From NCBI GenBank assembly GCA_913062865.1, contig CAJXWO010000001.1, forward strand, positions 39,646-103,645: a stretch of DNA of 64,000 nt. Reading direction: 5' to 3'. The stretch is from an uncultured Rhodobacteraceae bacterium (GTDB lineage Bacteria > Pseudomonadota > Alphaproteobacteria > Rhodobacterales > Rhodobacteraceae). Below are positions 53,519 through 63,142 of this stretch, one piece after another. Both the position numbers and the translations under genes were made by a program. Numbering within the stretch: the first letter of the stretch is position 1; each line of letters opens with the position of its first letter. The notes beneath the pieces are model-generated. The model was not told the DNA's origin. It was given only the letters and a program-made list of their open reading frames with translations, and searched no databases.

Positions 53519-54544
53519 TCAGGTTGGGGCAGGACCGGTGGACTGGCCGACGGTCAGATCGGCCTCCATCAGGTGTTGGGCAGGGCCGCTTCCGGGCGCT
53601 TCGATCAGGTCGAGCAGCATGCGCGCGCAGCGCCGCCCGGCCTCGCGCACCGAAGAGCGGGTGGCGGTAAAAAGCGGGACGGTATCGCCGTTGCGTAGGT
53701 AGGACAGGTCATCGTCATGGGTGATGACCGACACGTCGCGTCCCATGATCAGGCCCGCATCCTGGATCGCCCGGCGGATGCCGATCGCGCAGATCATCGA
53801 GGCGCTCAGAAAGGCTGTGGGGGCATCCGCGCGGTCCAGCATGTCGCGCGCGGCACGGTAGCCGTAGACCTCGGTCATCTCGCCCGAGCGCATCAGCGAC
53901 GGGTCGGGCTGCAGGCCCCGCGCCGACAATGCCGCCTCGAACCCGTCGCGGCGCCGGTGGGCGAAATCCATCTCCTCGAGCCCGTTGACGAGCGCGATGC
54001 GTCGGTGGCCCAGATCCAGCAGGAACTCGGCCGCCCGGCGAAAGGCACGCGTGTTGTTCACGTCGAGCCAGGAATAGGGCAGGTTCACGTCCGATGCACG
54101 GCCATGCACGACGAAGGGCAGGCCCAGATCCGTCAGAAGCGGTATGCGCGGCTCCATCATCTTGGGGCCGTGCACGATGATGCCGTCAACGTGCCCCTTG
54201 GCCCGCAATTCGCGGTAGACCCGCGCCTCGGCCCCGTCATCGACAAGCGACAGCATCATGTCGTAGCCCGCACCGGAGTAGGTCTCGCCCGCGCCGGCGA
54301 TGAAGTCCCCGAAGACGGGGTTCACCATCTCGTGCTGGGTCGAGACGGGAATCACGTGTCCGATGGTCATGGACCGGCCCGTGGCGAGGCTGCGCGCCCG
54401 GGTGTTGGGGCTGTAATCGAACCGGCGCGCCGCCGACAGAACCCGTTCGCGGGTGGCCTCGCTGACCTCGGGATAGCCGTTCAGCGCACGGCTGACGGTG
54501 GTCTGGGACAGTCCAAGGGTCTGGGCCAGTTCTTTGAGGTTCAT
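53519..54544 (-). CDS. aglR: LacI-family transcriptional repressor, divergent from the alpha-glucoside ABC operon
   Basis: HTH: MNLKELAQTLGLSQTTVSRALNG, followed by a periplasmic-binding-protein-like sugar-binding domain. Confidence 0.85.
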   Translation of the reverse strand: MNLKELAQTLGLSQTTVSRALNGYPEVSEATRERVLSAARRFDYSPNTRARSLATGRSMTIGHVIPVSTQHEMVNPVFGDFIAGAGETYSGAGYDMMLSLVDDGAEARVYRELRAKGHVDGIIVHGPKMMEPRIPLLTDLGLPFVVHGRASDVNLPYSWLDVNNTRAFRRAAEFLLDLGHRRIALVNGLEEMDFAHRRRDGFEAALSARGLQPDPSLMRSGEMTEVYGYRAARDMLDRADAPTAFLSASMICAIGIRRAIQDAGLIMGRDVSVITHDDDLSYLRNGDTVPLFTATRSSVREAGRRCARMLLDLIEAPGSGPAQHLMEADLTVGQSTGPAPT

Positions 54545-54556
54545 GCCTAAGGGTCT

Positions 54557-54570
54557 TCAAAGCGCTTTCA
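54557..54570. promoter_or_regulatory. LacI-family operator candidate 1
   Basis: TCAAAGCGCTTTCA; the core AAAGCGCTTT is a perfect 10-bp palindrome, 13 nt upstream of the aglR ATG. Confidence 0.5.
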
Positions 54571-54717
54571 ATTGATCGGACGATACGAAGAGTTTTCCGA
54601 CCCGTCAAAGCCTGTCTGATGCTGCGCCGCGTCTTTGCAAATGCAGCATAATTCAAGGGTTAAGCAGCCGCAAAGAGCGATTGACACGGCGCGTGCGATG
54701 GGGAAGTGTGACCGTGT

Positions 54718-54731
54718 CCAAAGCGCTTTGG
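54718..54731. promoter_or_regulatory. LacI-family operator candidate 2
   Basis: CCAAAGCGCTTTGG, a perfect 14-bp palindrome with the same core as site 1, 77 nt upstream of the aglE ATG. Confidence 0.55.
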
Positions 54732-54807
54732 GGTGACTCGGGCGCGTCAACGTGTTTCGTGGGCACGCGCCGGTTTGATCCCTGCGCGTGCGAACAGGGA
54801 GGTTACC

Positions 54808-56163
54808 ATGAAATCCACTTTCTACGCAGGTGTCGCCGCGGCCGCTTTGACGGCGGGCATGGCGCAGGCCCAGGAGCTTGTCTTCACCCCCGGTGAAGGC
54901 GATTTTAACTGGGACAGCTACAACAGCTTTGCCGATGCGAACGATTACAGCGGCCAGCAGGTCACGGTGTTCGGCCCTTGGCTGGGTCCGGACCAGGAAC
55001 TGGTTGAAAGCGTGCTGGCCTATTTCAACGCCGCCACGGGCGCCGATGTGCGCTATACCGGCTCGGACAGCTTCGAGCAGCAGATCGTCGTGGACGCCGA
55101 AGCGGGCAGTGCGCCCAACGTGGCCGTCTTCCCGCAGCCGGGCCTGGCGGCGGACATGGCATCGCGCGGGTTCCTGACGCCCCTTGGCGAGGATACCGGT
55201 GAATGGGTGGCCGAGAACTATGCCGCTGGCCAGTCCTGGGTCGATCTGGGTACCTATGCGGGCCCCGATGGAAACGATGACCTGTATGGCTTCTTCTACA
55301 AGGTCGATGTGAAATCGCTGGTCTGGTACGTGCCGGAGAACTTCGAGGATTTCGGCTACGAGATCCCGCAGTCCATGGAAGAGCTCAAGGCGCTGACCGA
55401 CCAGATGGTCGCCGATGGCGAAACGCCCTGGTGCATCGGTCTGGGCTCGGGCGGCGCCACCGGCTGGCCCGCGACCGACTGGGTCGAGGACCTGATGCTG
55501 CGCACGCAGGAACCTGCGGTCTATGACGCCTGGGTGGCGAACGAGATGCCCTTCGACGATCCCGCCGTCGTGGCCGCGATCGAGGAGTTCGGCTATTTCG
55601 CGCTGAACGATGACTACGTCGCCGGCGGCTCTGATGCCGTGGCCTCGACCGATTTCCGTGACAGCCCCAAGGGTCTGTTCTCGGCGCCGCCCCAGTGCAT
55701 GATGCACCGCCAGGCCAGTTTCATCCCCGCCTTCTTCCCCGAAGGCACCGAGGTGGGCGTGGATGTCGATTTCTTCTACTTCCCCGCCTATGAGGAAAAG
55801 GATCTTGGCAGCCCGGTCCTGGGCGCCGGCACGCTCTGGGCGATCACCAATGACAGTCCTGTGGCCCATGGCTTGATCGACTTCCTCCAGACGCCCATCG
55901 CGCATGAGCTGTGGATGGCGCAGCAGGGCTTCCTGACCCCGCATTCGGGCGTCAACACGGAGCTTTATGCCAATGCCGCGCTCAGGGGCATGGGCGAGAT
56001 CCTGCTGGGCGCGACCACCTTCCGCTTCGACGGGTCCGACCTGATGCCCGGCGGCGTCGGTGCGGGCAGCTTCTGGACCGGCATGGTCGACTATGCCTCG
56101 GGCGCCAAATCGGCCGAAGAGGTGGCGTCGGAAATCCAGTCCTCCTGGGACGCGCTGAAGTAA
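54808..56163 (+). CDS. aglE: ABC transporter periplasmic sugar (alpha-glucoside)-binding protein
   Basis: Signal peptide MKSTFYAGVAAAALTAGMAQAQE. 451 aa of family-1 solute-binding type. ATG 54808 follows GGGAGG. Confidence 0.8.
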   Translation: MKSTFYAGVAAAALTAGMAQAQELVFTPGEGDFNWDSYNSFADANDYSGQQVTVFGPWLGPDQELVESVLAYFNAATGADVRYTGSDSFEQQIVVDAEAGSAPNVAVFPQPGLAADMASRGFLTPLGEDTGEWVAENYAAGQSWVDLGTYAGPDGNDDLYGFFYKVDVKSLVWYVPENFEDFGYEIPQSMEELKALTDQMVADGETPWCIGLGSGGATGWPATDWVEDLMLRTQEPAVYDAWVANEMPFDDPAVVAAIEEFGYFALNDDYVAGGSDAVASTDFRDSPKGLFSAPPQCMMHRQASFIPAFFPEGTEVGVDVDFFYFPAYEEKDLGSPVLGAGTLWAITNDSPVAHGLIDFLQTPIAHELWMAQQGFLTPHSGVNTELYANAALRGMGEILLGATTFRFDGSDLMPGGVGAGSFWTGMVDYASGAKSAEEVASEIQSSWDALK

Positions 56164-56185
56164 CCGGCGCCCAGCGCCTTCCCCC

Positions 56186-56206
56186 GTCCCGGGCCTGACC
56201 CGGGAC
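56186..56206 (+). other. Intercistronic stem-loop after the binding-protein gene
   Basis: GTCCCGGG-CCTGA-CCCGGGAC, an 8-bp perfect stem, 23 nt after the aglE stop. Confidence 0.45.
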
Positions 56207-56317
56207 CTCGCGGCCCGCCACGGGCGCAGGTCCCCGGTCCATCACTGGGGCGGGATCTTTCCGAAAGCGAACTGACCGGTCCGCGCGGGCGGCGGCACGA
56301 GTGGGGAGGAGACCACC

Positions 56318-57325
56318 ATGCATCCAGCCATTCAGGGGCTTATCACCATCGTCATCGGCGTAGGCGGATGCGCAGGGTATTTCTACTTTTCCAACATGCT
56401 GCTGGACAAGGTCCTGTTCCCGGCCAAGGGCCCCAATGCCGGGCGCAACATCAAGCGCGCCAACATGATCCGGCCCTGGCTGTTCCTGTTTCCCGCGCTG
56501 TTCGTGCTGGGTCTTTACCTGACCTATCCCGTGATCGAGACCCTGCGCCTGTCGCTGACCGACCGGGTGCCGGGGGGCGGATACACCTTCGTGGGCCTCG
56601 ACAATTACGCCCAGATGTTCGGCGAGCCCAAGTTCTGGGAGGCGATGCGCAACAACATGCTCTGGCTCGTTGTTGTGCCCGCCGCCGCCACCGGGTTCGG
56701 CCTTCTGGCAGCGCAGCTGACCGACCGGATCTCCTGGGGCAACCTGGCCAAATCGCTGATCTTCATGCCGATGGCCATTTCTTTTGTCGGCGCGGCGGTG
56801 ATCTGGAAACTCGTCTACGACGCGCGGCCCATCGACCAGGAGCAGATCGGCATCCTGAACGCGGTCTACCTGGCCCTGGGCGGGGCCGAGCCGCAGCAAT
56901 GGCTGACCATTCCGTTCTGGAACAACTTCTTTCTCATGGCCGTGCTGATCTGGATCCAGACGGGCTTTGCCATGGTGATCCTGTCGGCCGCCCTGCGCGG
57001 CATCCCCGAGGAAACGGTCGAGGCGGCCATCGTCGACGGGGCGGGGCCCTTCCAGATCTTCTTCAAGATCAAGGTGCCACAGATCATGGGCACCATCGTC
57101 GTCGTCTGGACCACGATCACCATCATCGTGCTCAAGATCTTCGACATCGTCTTTGCCATGACCAATGGCCAGTGGGAGACGCAGGTGCTGGCCAACTACA
57201 TGTACGACAAGCTCTTCCGCGCCAATGACTGGGGCGTGGGATCGGCGAGCGCCATGGTCATCATGCTGCTGGTGACACCGATCCTTGTCTGGAACGTCTA
57301 CAACGCGCGCAAAGAGATGCGCTGA
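56318..57325 (+). CDS. aglF: ABC sugar transporter permease (MalF-type)
   Basis: 335 aa with 6 TM segments. EAA-loop region EAAIVDGAGPFQIFFKIKVPQ. Confidence 0.85.
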   Translation: MHPAIQGLITIVIGVGGCAGYFYFSNMLLDKVLFPAKGPNAGRNIKRANMIRPWLFLFPALFVLGLYLTYPVIETLRLSLTDRVPGGGYTFVGLDNYAQMFGEPKFWEAMRNNMLWLVVVPAAATGFGLLAAQLTDRISWGNLAKSLIFMPMAISFVGAAVIWKLVYDARPIDQEQIGILNAVYLALGGAEPQQWLTIPFWNNFFLMAVLIWIQTGFAMVILSAALRGIPEETVEAAIVDGAGPFQIFFKIKVPQIMGTIVVVWTTITIIVLKIFDIVFAMTNGQWETQVLANYMYDKLFRANDWGVGSASAMVIMLLVTPILVWNVYNARKEMR

Positions 57326-57339
57326 GGGGGGCTGGGCAC

Positions 57340-58506
57340 ATGGACAATATCGCCGGCAAGAAATCGAGCCTGACCTGGGCCGTACATATCTCGGTGGCGC
57401 TGCTCGTGCTGCTTTGGCTTCTGCCCACCATCGGGCTTTTCGTGTCGTCCTTCCGGACCGCGGACCAGATTTCGTCGACGGGCTGGTGGAAGGCGCTGTT
57501 CCCCACCGAACAGACCCTGACCCTCCGCACCAAGACCGCCGAGGCGCAGACGCAGGAAAACGGCGTCTACGTGATCGAGGGCAATATCTACGAGGACGAC
57601 CCGGCGGGCGAAGGCAAGGGCGAGGCCGACATCACGTCCTGGGGCATCAGTTCGCGCGACGTGTCTGCTTTTGCCCCCGGCGATACGGCCGAACTGCGAG
57701 GCGGTGGCACGCTCACGCTCGAGGCCAGTGGCGCCTACCGCATGGAAAGCGTCGAGGAATTCAGCGGCAGCCGCGGGCAGCGCGTGTTCGTCACCGCCGA
57801 GGTTCCGCCGGAATTCACCCTTGAGAACTACGAGACCGTGCTTCTGAGCGGCAACGCGACCGACAGCATGGCCAAGGCGTTCTTCAACACGCTGACGGTG
57901 ACGATCCCTGCGACGATCATCCCGATCCTCATCGCGGCCTTCGCGGCCTATGCGCTGGCCTGGATGGATTTCCCGGGCCGGGCGCTCTTGATCGCCTTCG
58001 TCGTGGCGCTTCTGGTGGTGCCGCTGCAACTGGCGCTCATCCCGCTACTCAAGCTGCATCTGGGGATCGGCATCGGCAAGGGCTACCTGGGCGTGTGGCT
58101 GGCCCATACGGGCTTTGGTATGCCGCTGGCCGTTTATCTCTTGCGCAATTACATGGTCGGCCTGCCGCGCGACATCATCGAGAACGCGCGCGTCGACGGC
58201 GCGACCGAGTTCCAGATATTTGTGCGCATCATCTTGCCGCTCAGCTTTCCCGCGCTCGCCAGTTTCGCGATCTTCCAGTTCTTGTGGACCTGGAACGATC
58301 TTCTGGTGGCGATCGTGTTCCTGATCGACGCGACCGGGGACACCACCGTGATGACGCGCCAGATTGTTGAGCTTCTGGGCACGCGCGGCGGCAATTGGGA
58401 GATCCTCGCGACTGCCGCCTTCGTATCCATCGCGGTGCCGCTCTTGGTGTTCTTCGCGATGCAAAAATACCTGGTGCGCGGCCTGTTGGCGGGATCGGTG
58501 AAATAG
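57340..58506 (+). CDS. aglG: ABC sugar transporter permease (MalG-type) with a large periplasmic loop
   Basis: 388 aa. EAA-loop region ENARVDGATEFQIFVRIILPLS. Confidence 0.85.
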   Translation: MDNIAGKKSSLTWAVHISVALLVLLWLLPTIGLFVSSFRTADQISSTGWWKALFPTEQTLTLRTKTAEAQTQENGVYVIEGNIYEDDPAGEGKGEADITSWGISSRDVSAFAPGDTAELRGGGTLTLEASGAYRMESVEEFSGSRGQRVFVTAEVPPEFTLENYETVLLSGNATDSMAKAFFNTLTVTIPATIIPILIAAFAAYALAWMDFPGRALLIAFVVALLVVPLQLALIPLLKLHLGIGIGKGYLGVWLAHTGFGMPLAVYLLRNYMVGLPRDIIENARVDGATEFQIFVRIILPLSFPALASFAIFQFLWTWNDLLVAIVFLIDATGDTTVMTRQIVELLGTRGGNWEILATAAFVSIAVPLLVFFAMQKYLVRGLLAGSVK

Positions 58507-58589
58507 GACAACCCGACCCCGGACCTGATCCGGGGTCTCATGGCCCGCCGGGGATGCGCCCCGGGGCTGCGACGAAAAGGAAAACGGAA

Positions 58590-60239
58590 ATGAACGTGCA
58601 AACCGACATGCGGGCGGCACAAAGCTTGGAAAAGGATTGGTGGCGCGGTGCGGTGATCTACCAGATCTACCCCCGCAGCTTTCAGGACAGCAACGGCGAC
58701 GGCATCGGCGATCTTCTGGGCATCGTCCAGCGCCTGCCCCATATCGCGGCGCTGGGGGCGGATGCGGTCTGGATCTCGCCCTTCTTCACCTCGCCGATGA
58801 AGGATTTCGGCTATGACGTGAGCGATTATTGCGGCGTCGATCCGATGTTCGGCACGCTCGCCGATTTCGACGCGGTGGTCGAGACCGCCCATGCCTTGGG
58901 GCTCAAGGTGATGATCGACCTGGTGCTCAGCCACACTTCGGACCAGCATCCCTGGTTCGCCGAAAGCCGCGCCAGCCGAGACAACGCGCGCGCCGATTGG
59001 TATGTCTGGGCCGACCCCAGGCCCGACGGGACACCGCCCAACAACTGGCTGTCGATCTTCGGCGGGCAGGCCTGGCAATGGGACAGCCGGCGCGAACAGT
59101 ACTACCTGCACAACTTTCTGGTCAGCCAGCCGGACCTGAACTTCCACAATATCGAGGTGCAGGATGCGCTGCTGGATGTGGCGCGGTTCTGGCTCGACCG
59201 CGGGGTGGACGGGTTCCGGCTCGACACGATTAACTTCTACTTCCACGACGCGCAACTGCGCGACAACCCGGCCATGCCGTTCGAAGAGCGCAACGACACG
59301 ATCGCACCTCGCGTGAATCCCTATAATCACCAGCGGCATGTCTACGACCGCAACCGCCCCGAGAACCTCGATTTCCTGCGCCGCTTCCGCGCGGTACTGG
59401 ACGATTACGGTGCCACCACGGCCCTGGGCGAGGTGGGCGATGCGCAGCGCGGGCTCGAGATCCTGGGCGAATACACCGCCGACGGCGATAAGGTGCACAT
59501 GTGCTACGCCTTTGAGCTTCTGTCCTCGGCCAAGCCGACGGCGGCGCGCATCGCCGATGTGTTCGATCACTTCCAAGAGGCGGCCTCGGAGGGCTGGGCC
59601 TGCTGGGCCTATTCAAACCATGACGTGGTCCGCCACGCCACGCGCTGGGGGCTCTCGGATGCCGCGCAGCGGGCCTATGCCACGCTGATGATGTGCCTGC
59701 GTGGCTCGGCCTGCCTCTATCAGGGCGAGGAACTGGGTCTGGCCGAGGCCGAGATCGCCTATGCCGACCTTCAGGATCCCTACGGCATCGCGTTCTGGCC
59801 CGAGTTCAAGGGCCGGGACGGGTGCCGCACGCCCATGGTCTGGGAGAACAACAATCACAACGGCGGCTTTACCACGGGCGATCCGTGGTTGCCGGTCAGC
59901 CATGACCATCTGCCCCGGGCGGTCAGCGCACAGGAAGAGGATCCCAGCGCGCTGTTGCACCATTACCGCCGCGCCATCGCCTTCCGCCGCGCCCATCCTG
60001 CGCTGGCAAAAGGCGCGATGACAGACATGACTGCGTCGGGCAACGTCGTGCATTTCCTGCGCCGGGACGGGGACGAAACGCTGTTCGTGGCCGTCAATCT
60101 TGGCGACGAGCCCGCCACATGCGCACCGCCCGAGGGCGACTGGGCCCAGATCGGGGCGGAACTGGGCAGCGTGGCGCCGGGGCCGGACGGACAGCTGCAC
60201 CTGGGTCCCTGGCAGCCCAGCCTGCTGCGGCGGATCTGA
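58590..60239 (+). CDS. aglA: GH13 alpha-glucosidase (oligo-1,6-glucosidase/sucrose isomerase-like)
   Basis: WWRGAVIYQIYPRSFQDSNGDGIGDL, DLVLSHTS, GVDGFRLDTI, GEV and YSNHD, the conserved GH13 regions. ATG 58590 is preceded by AAAGGAAAACGGAA. Confidence 0.9.
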   Translation: MNVQTDMRAAQSLEKDWWRGAVIYQIYPRSFQDSNGDGIGDLLGIVQRLPHIAALGADAVWISPFFTSPMKDFGYDVSDYCGVDPMFGTLADFDAVVETAHALGLKVMIDLVLSHTSDQHPWFAESRASRDNARADWYVWADPRPDGTPPNNWLSIFGGQAWQWDSRREQYYLHNFLVSQPDLNFHNIEVQDALLDVARFWLDRGVDGFRLDTINFYFHDAQLRDNPAMPFEERNDTIAPRVNPYNHQRHVYDRNRPENLDFLRRFRAVLDDYGATTALGEVGDAQRGLEILGEYTADGDKVHMCYAFELLSSAKPTAARIADVFDHFQEAASEGWACWAYSNHDVVRHATRWGLSDAAQRAYATLMMCLRGSACLYQGEELGLAEAEIAYADLQDPYGIAFWPEFKGRDGCRTPMVWENNNHNGGFTTGDPWLPVSHDHLPRAVSAQEEDPSALLHHYRRAIAFRRAHPALAKGAMTDMTASGNVVHFLRRDGDETLFVAVNLGDEPATCAPPEGDWAQIGAELGSVAPGPDGQLHLGPWQPSLLRRI

Positions 60240-60266
60240 GAAGAAGAACGAGGGGAGGAGCGCGTC

Positions 60267-61355
60267 ATGGCCGAATTGAAACTGACCGATGTCGCAAAGA
60301 CATATGGCGGCACGGTCGAGGTGCTGAAACATATCGACCTTGATATCAAGACGGGCGAGCTGATCGTCTTTGTCGGGCCATCGGGCTGCGGGAAATCCAC
60401 GCTTCTGCGGATGATCGCGGGGTTGGAAAGGATCACCGGCGGCACGCTCGAGATCGACGGCCAGGTGATGAACGATGTCCCGCCTGCACAGCGCGGCATC
60501 GCCATGGTGTTCCAGTCCTACGCGCTTTATCCGCATATGACGGTCAAGGACAACATGTCCTTCGCGCTGAAGATCGCCGGCAAGTCGCAATCCGAGATCG
60601 ACGCGGCGGTGGAGAAGGCCGCGAAGATCCTGCAGCTTGAGCCTTACCTCGACCGTCTGCCCAAGGCGCTGTCAGGCGGCCAGCGGCAACGCGTCGCCAT
60701 CGGTCGCGCCATCGTGCGCGACCCCAAGGTGTACCTGTTCGACGAGCCGCTGTCGAACCTCGACGCCGCACTCCGTGTGGCCACGCGGATCGAGATCGCG
60801 CAGTTGAAGGAATCCATGCCCGACTCGACCATGATCTACGTCACCCACGACCAGGTGGAGGCGATGACACTGGCGAGCCGCATCGTGGTTCTGGCCAACA
60901 AGGGCATCGCCCAGGTGGGCACGCCGCTCGAGCTGTACGAACGGCCCGAAAACGAGTTCGTGGCGCAATTTATTGGCTCGCCCGCGATGAACCTGATCCC
61001 GGGCGAGATCGTGGGCACCGGCGCGCAGACCACCGTCAAGCTCGAGGGCGAGGGCACTGCCGTGTCCGCCGTGCCCACAACCGAGGCGGATATGGGCCTC
61101 AAGGTCAATGTGGGCGTCCGCCCCGAGGATTTGCGCGAGACCGAGGGCGATTACCTTCTCGACGGCAAGGTCGATATCCTCGAGGCCCTGGGCGAGGTCA
61201 CGGTGCTCTATTTCGTGGCCGAGCATGGCCGCGACCCGGTGATTGCCAAACTGCCCGGCATCCATGACGACTTGCGCGGCAAATCCGTGCGCCTCACCGC
61301 CGACCCCGCCAAGGTGCAGATCTTTCACGAAGGCAAATCGCTCTGGTATCGCTAG
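60267..61355 (+). CDS. aglK: ABC sugar transporter ATPase (MalK/UgpC type)
   Basis: Walker A GPSGCGKST, signature LSGGQRQRVAIGRA, Walker B VYLFDEP, and a C-terminal regulatory TOBE-like domain. Confidence 0.92.
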   Translation: MAELKLTDVAKTYGGTVEVLKHIDLDIKTGELIVFVGPSGCGKSTLLRMIAGLERITGGTLEIDGQVMNDVPPAQRGIAMVFQSYALYPHMTVKDNMSFALKIAGKSQSEIDAAVEKAAKILQLEPYLDRLPKALSGGQRQRVAIGRAIVRDPKVYLFDEPLSNLDAALRVATRIEIAQLKESMPDSTMIYVTHDQVEAMTLASRIVVLANKGIAQVGTPLELYERPENEFVAQFIGSPAMNLIPGEIVGTGAQTTVKLEGEGTAVSAVPTTEADMGLKVNVGVRPEDLRETEGDYLLDGKVDILEALGEVTVLYFVAEHGRDPVIAKLPGIHDDLRGKSVRLTADPAKVQIFHEGKSLWYR

Positions 61356-61410
61356 GCCCCGCAGGCCCCGCCCGCTATGCTGGTGCAAAAGCGGGCAGGG
61401 CAGGCAGGCC

Positions 61411-62764
61411 ATGAATATCCTTTTCGCCTCGATCGAGGATCTGAACGACTGGATCGAGCCCTTGGGCGGGCATCCCCAGGTGAAAACGCCGAACCTGACG
61501 CGCCTTGCGGCGCGCGGCATGCTGTTCCGCCACGCCTATGCGCCCGTGCCCGCCTGCTCGCCGTCGCGCACGGCGGCGCTTTTCGGGCAGGCGCCCTGGC
61601 GGACGGGGGTCTATTCCAATGGCCAGAAATGGACAGACGCCTATCCCAAGGGACAGCGCCTGTCGCTGATCGGAGCCTTGCGCGACGCGGGCTACCGAAC
61701 CGAGGGCGCGGGCAAGATCTTTCACCTCGACACCCGCGGCATCGACCCAGAGGATTGGGACCGCTACCACCGCAAGGCCGCGCATCTGAAATATCCGCCC
61801 ATCAGCCGCGCGAGTGCCGAAGGCAAGATGGGCCCCCTGGGCGATTTCGGCCCGGCGCCGGACGACCGGCCCGATTTCGACCGGATCAACACCGACTGGA
61901 TCTGCAGCCGCATCCAGCCCGGCGCGGATGGCCAGGTCTGGGGCTTTGGCCTGTACCGGCCGCATCTGCCCTTTATCGCGCCGCAAGCGTTTTTCGACCT
62001 TTATGCAGGCCCCATCGACCCGCCGCCGGGGCTGGGCATGCGCCGGTTCCGCCCTGGCAATGACAAGGTGCTGGAGGGGTTGCCAGAGGAGGCGCGGGCA
62101 GTCATCCGCCGCTTCACGGGCCGTGTGCTGCACCGGTCCGGCGAATACGCGGATTACCTGCGCGCCTATCTGGCCTCGGTCAGCTATGCCGATGCGCTTC
62201 TGGGCGAGGTGCTGGACCGGCTGGAGGAAACCGGGCAGGCCGAAAGCACGCTGGTCGTGCTCTGGTCGGACCATGGCTGGCAATTCGGCGAGAAACTGGC
62301 CTTTCGCAAGTTCACGCTGTGGGAGCGCGCGCTGCGCGTGCCGCTGATCTTCGCCGGCCCCGGTGTGGCCCGGGGTGTGCGACGAGCCTGTCTCACTCCT
62401 CGATCTCTATCCGACCCTCATGGCCCAAGGGGGCGGTCGGGCGAAACATGCGCTCGATGGCTGCGATCTGAGCCCGGCCTTGCGCGGTGATCCCTGGCAA
62501 AGACCCACGCCCGTGATCTAGACCTGGGGCACCTTCGAGGACGCGCAAGACAGCCGCATGGCTTTTTCCCTGCGCAGCCGGTCGCATCGCTACACGCTCT
62601 ACTGGAACGGCGGTGAGGAACTGTATGACAGCGAGGCCGACCCGTTCGAGCATCGCAACCTGTTGGCCGAGGGGGCCAGCGGCAACCTGCGTGCTCTGGC
62701 CGACAGCTACCAGGCCAGCATGAACGACGCGATCCCCAGTGTCGCCGCGCAGGCAGGGGCCTGA
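61411..62764 (+). pseudogene. Disrupted type I (formylglycine) sulfatase: one frameshift plus one in-frame TAG
   Basis: The N-terminal part carries the CSPSR formylglycine motif and runs in frame 1 to about 62375. The homologous continuation EPVSLLDLYPTLMAQGG... is in frame 2 and hits TAG at 62519-62521. The same frame then resumes with ...RYTLYWNGGEELYDSEADPFEHRNLL, the typical sulfatase C terminus. Confidence 0.7.
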
Positions 62765-62870
62765 TTTTTCGCAGAAAAATCCAAATTACAAAACACTTCT
62801 GCGAAGGGTTTTGCCCGGGGCCACACTCTTCGCAGAAGAGTGTGGCGGAACGGTCTTCTGCGAAGACCGT
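62763..62870. repeat. Array of four tandem hairpins sharing a TTC-GCA/TGC-GAA core in alternating orientation
   Basis: GATTTTTC-GCA-GAAAAATC (62763-62781). AAAACACTTC-TGC-GAAGGGTTTT (62790-62812, one mismatch). CCACACTCTTC-GCA-GAAGAGTGTGG (62821-62845). ACGGTCTTC-TGC-GAAGACCGT (62850-62870). Confidence 0.85.
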
Positions 62871-62871
62871 G

Positions 62872-63102
62872 TCAGCAGATCACCTGAAGCGGCTTGGCAT
62901 TGCAGATGATGATGAACTGCCCATCGCTTTCGATCAGGTGATAGCCGCGACGGCGCACCTCGAGCTCCAGCGTTTCGCGGCCGATCTCGCGCACCACATG
63001 GGCCACGGAGCGGCGCACCACGCCGCCTGCGGCGGCGGATTTGGCACTGAAGATCTGGTCGATCCAGGGGCGGGGGTCGGAGAGGCGGGCAAGGTCTGAC
63101 AT
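62872..63102 (-). CDS. Small conserved-looking hypothetical protein
   Basis: A 76-aa ORF with non-degenerate composition (…REIGRETLELEVRRRGYHLIESDGQFIIICNAKPLQVIC), on the same strand as the upstream methyltransferase gene. No family recognised. Confidence 0.45.
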   Translation of the reverse strand: MSDLARLSDPRPWIDQIFSAKSAAAGGVVRRSVAHVVREIGRETLELEVRRRGYHLIESDGQFIIICNAKPLQVIC

Positions 63103-63142
63103 GGACCGACCTTGCCCGTGCTTGGGTTAAGGGCGGGTTACC

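Noticed and set aside
62519-62521. In-frame TAG in the sulfatase as possible pyrrolysine or programmed readthrough
   Set aside because: No pyl genes are in view and the host is a proteobacterium. The gene also carries a separate frameshift about 140 nt upstream, so decay is the simpler explanation.
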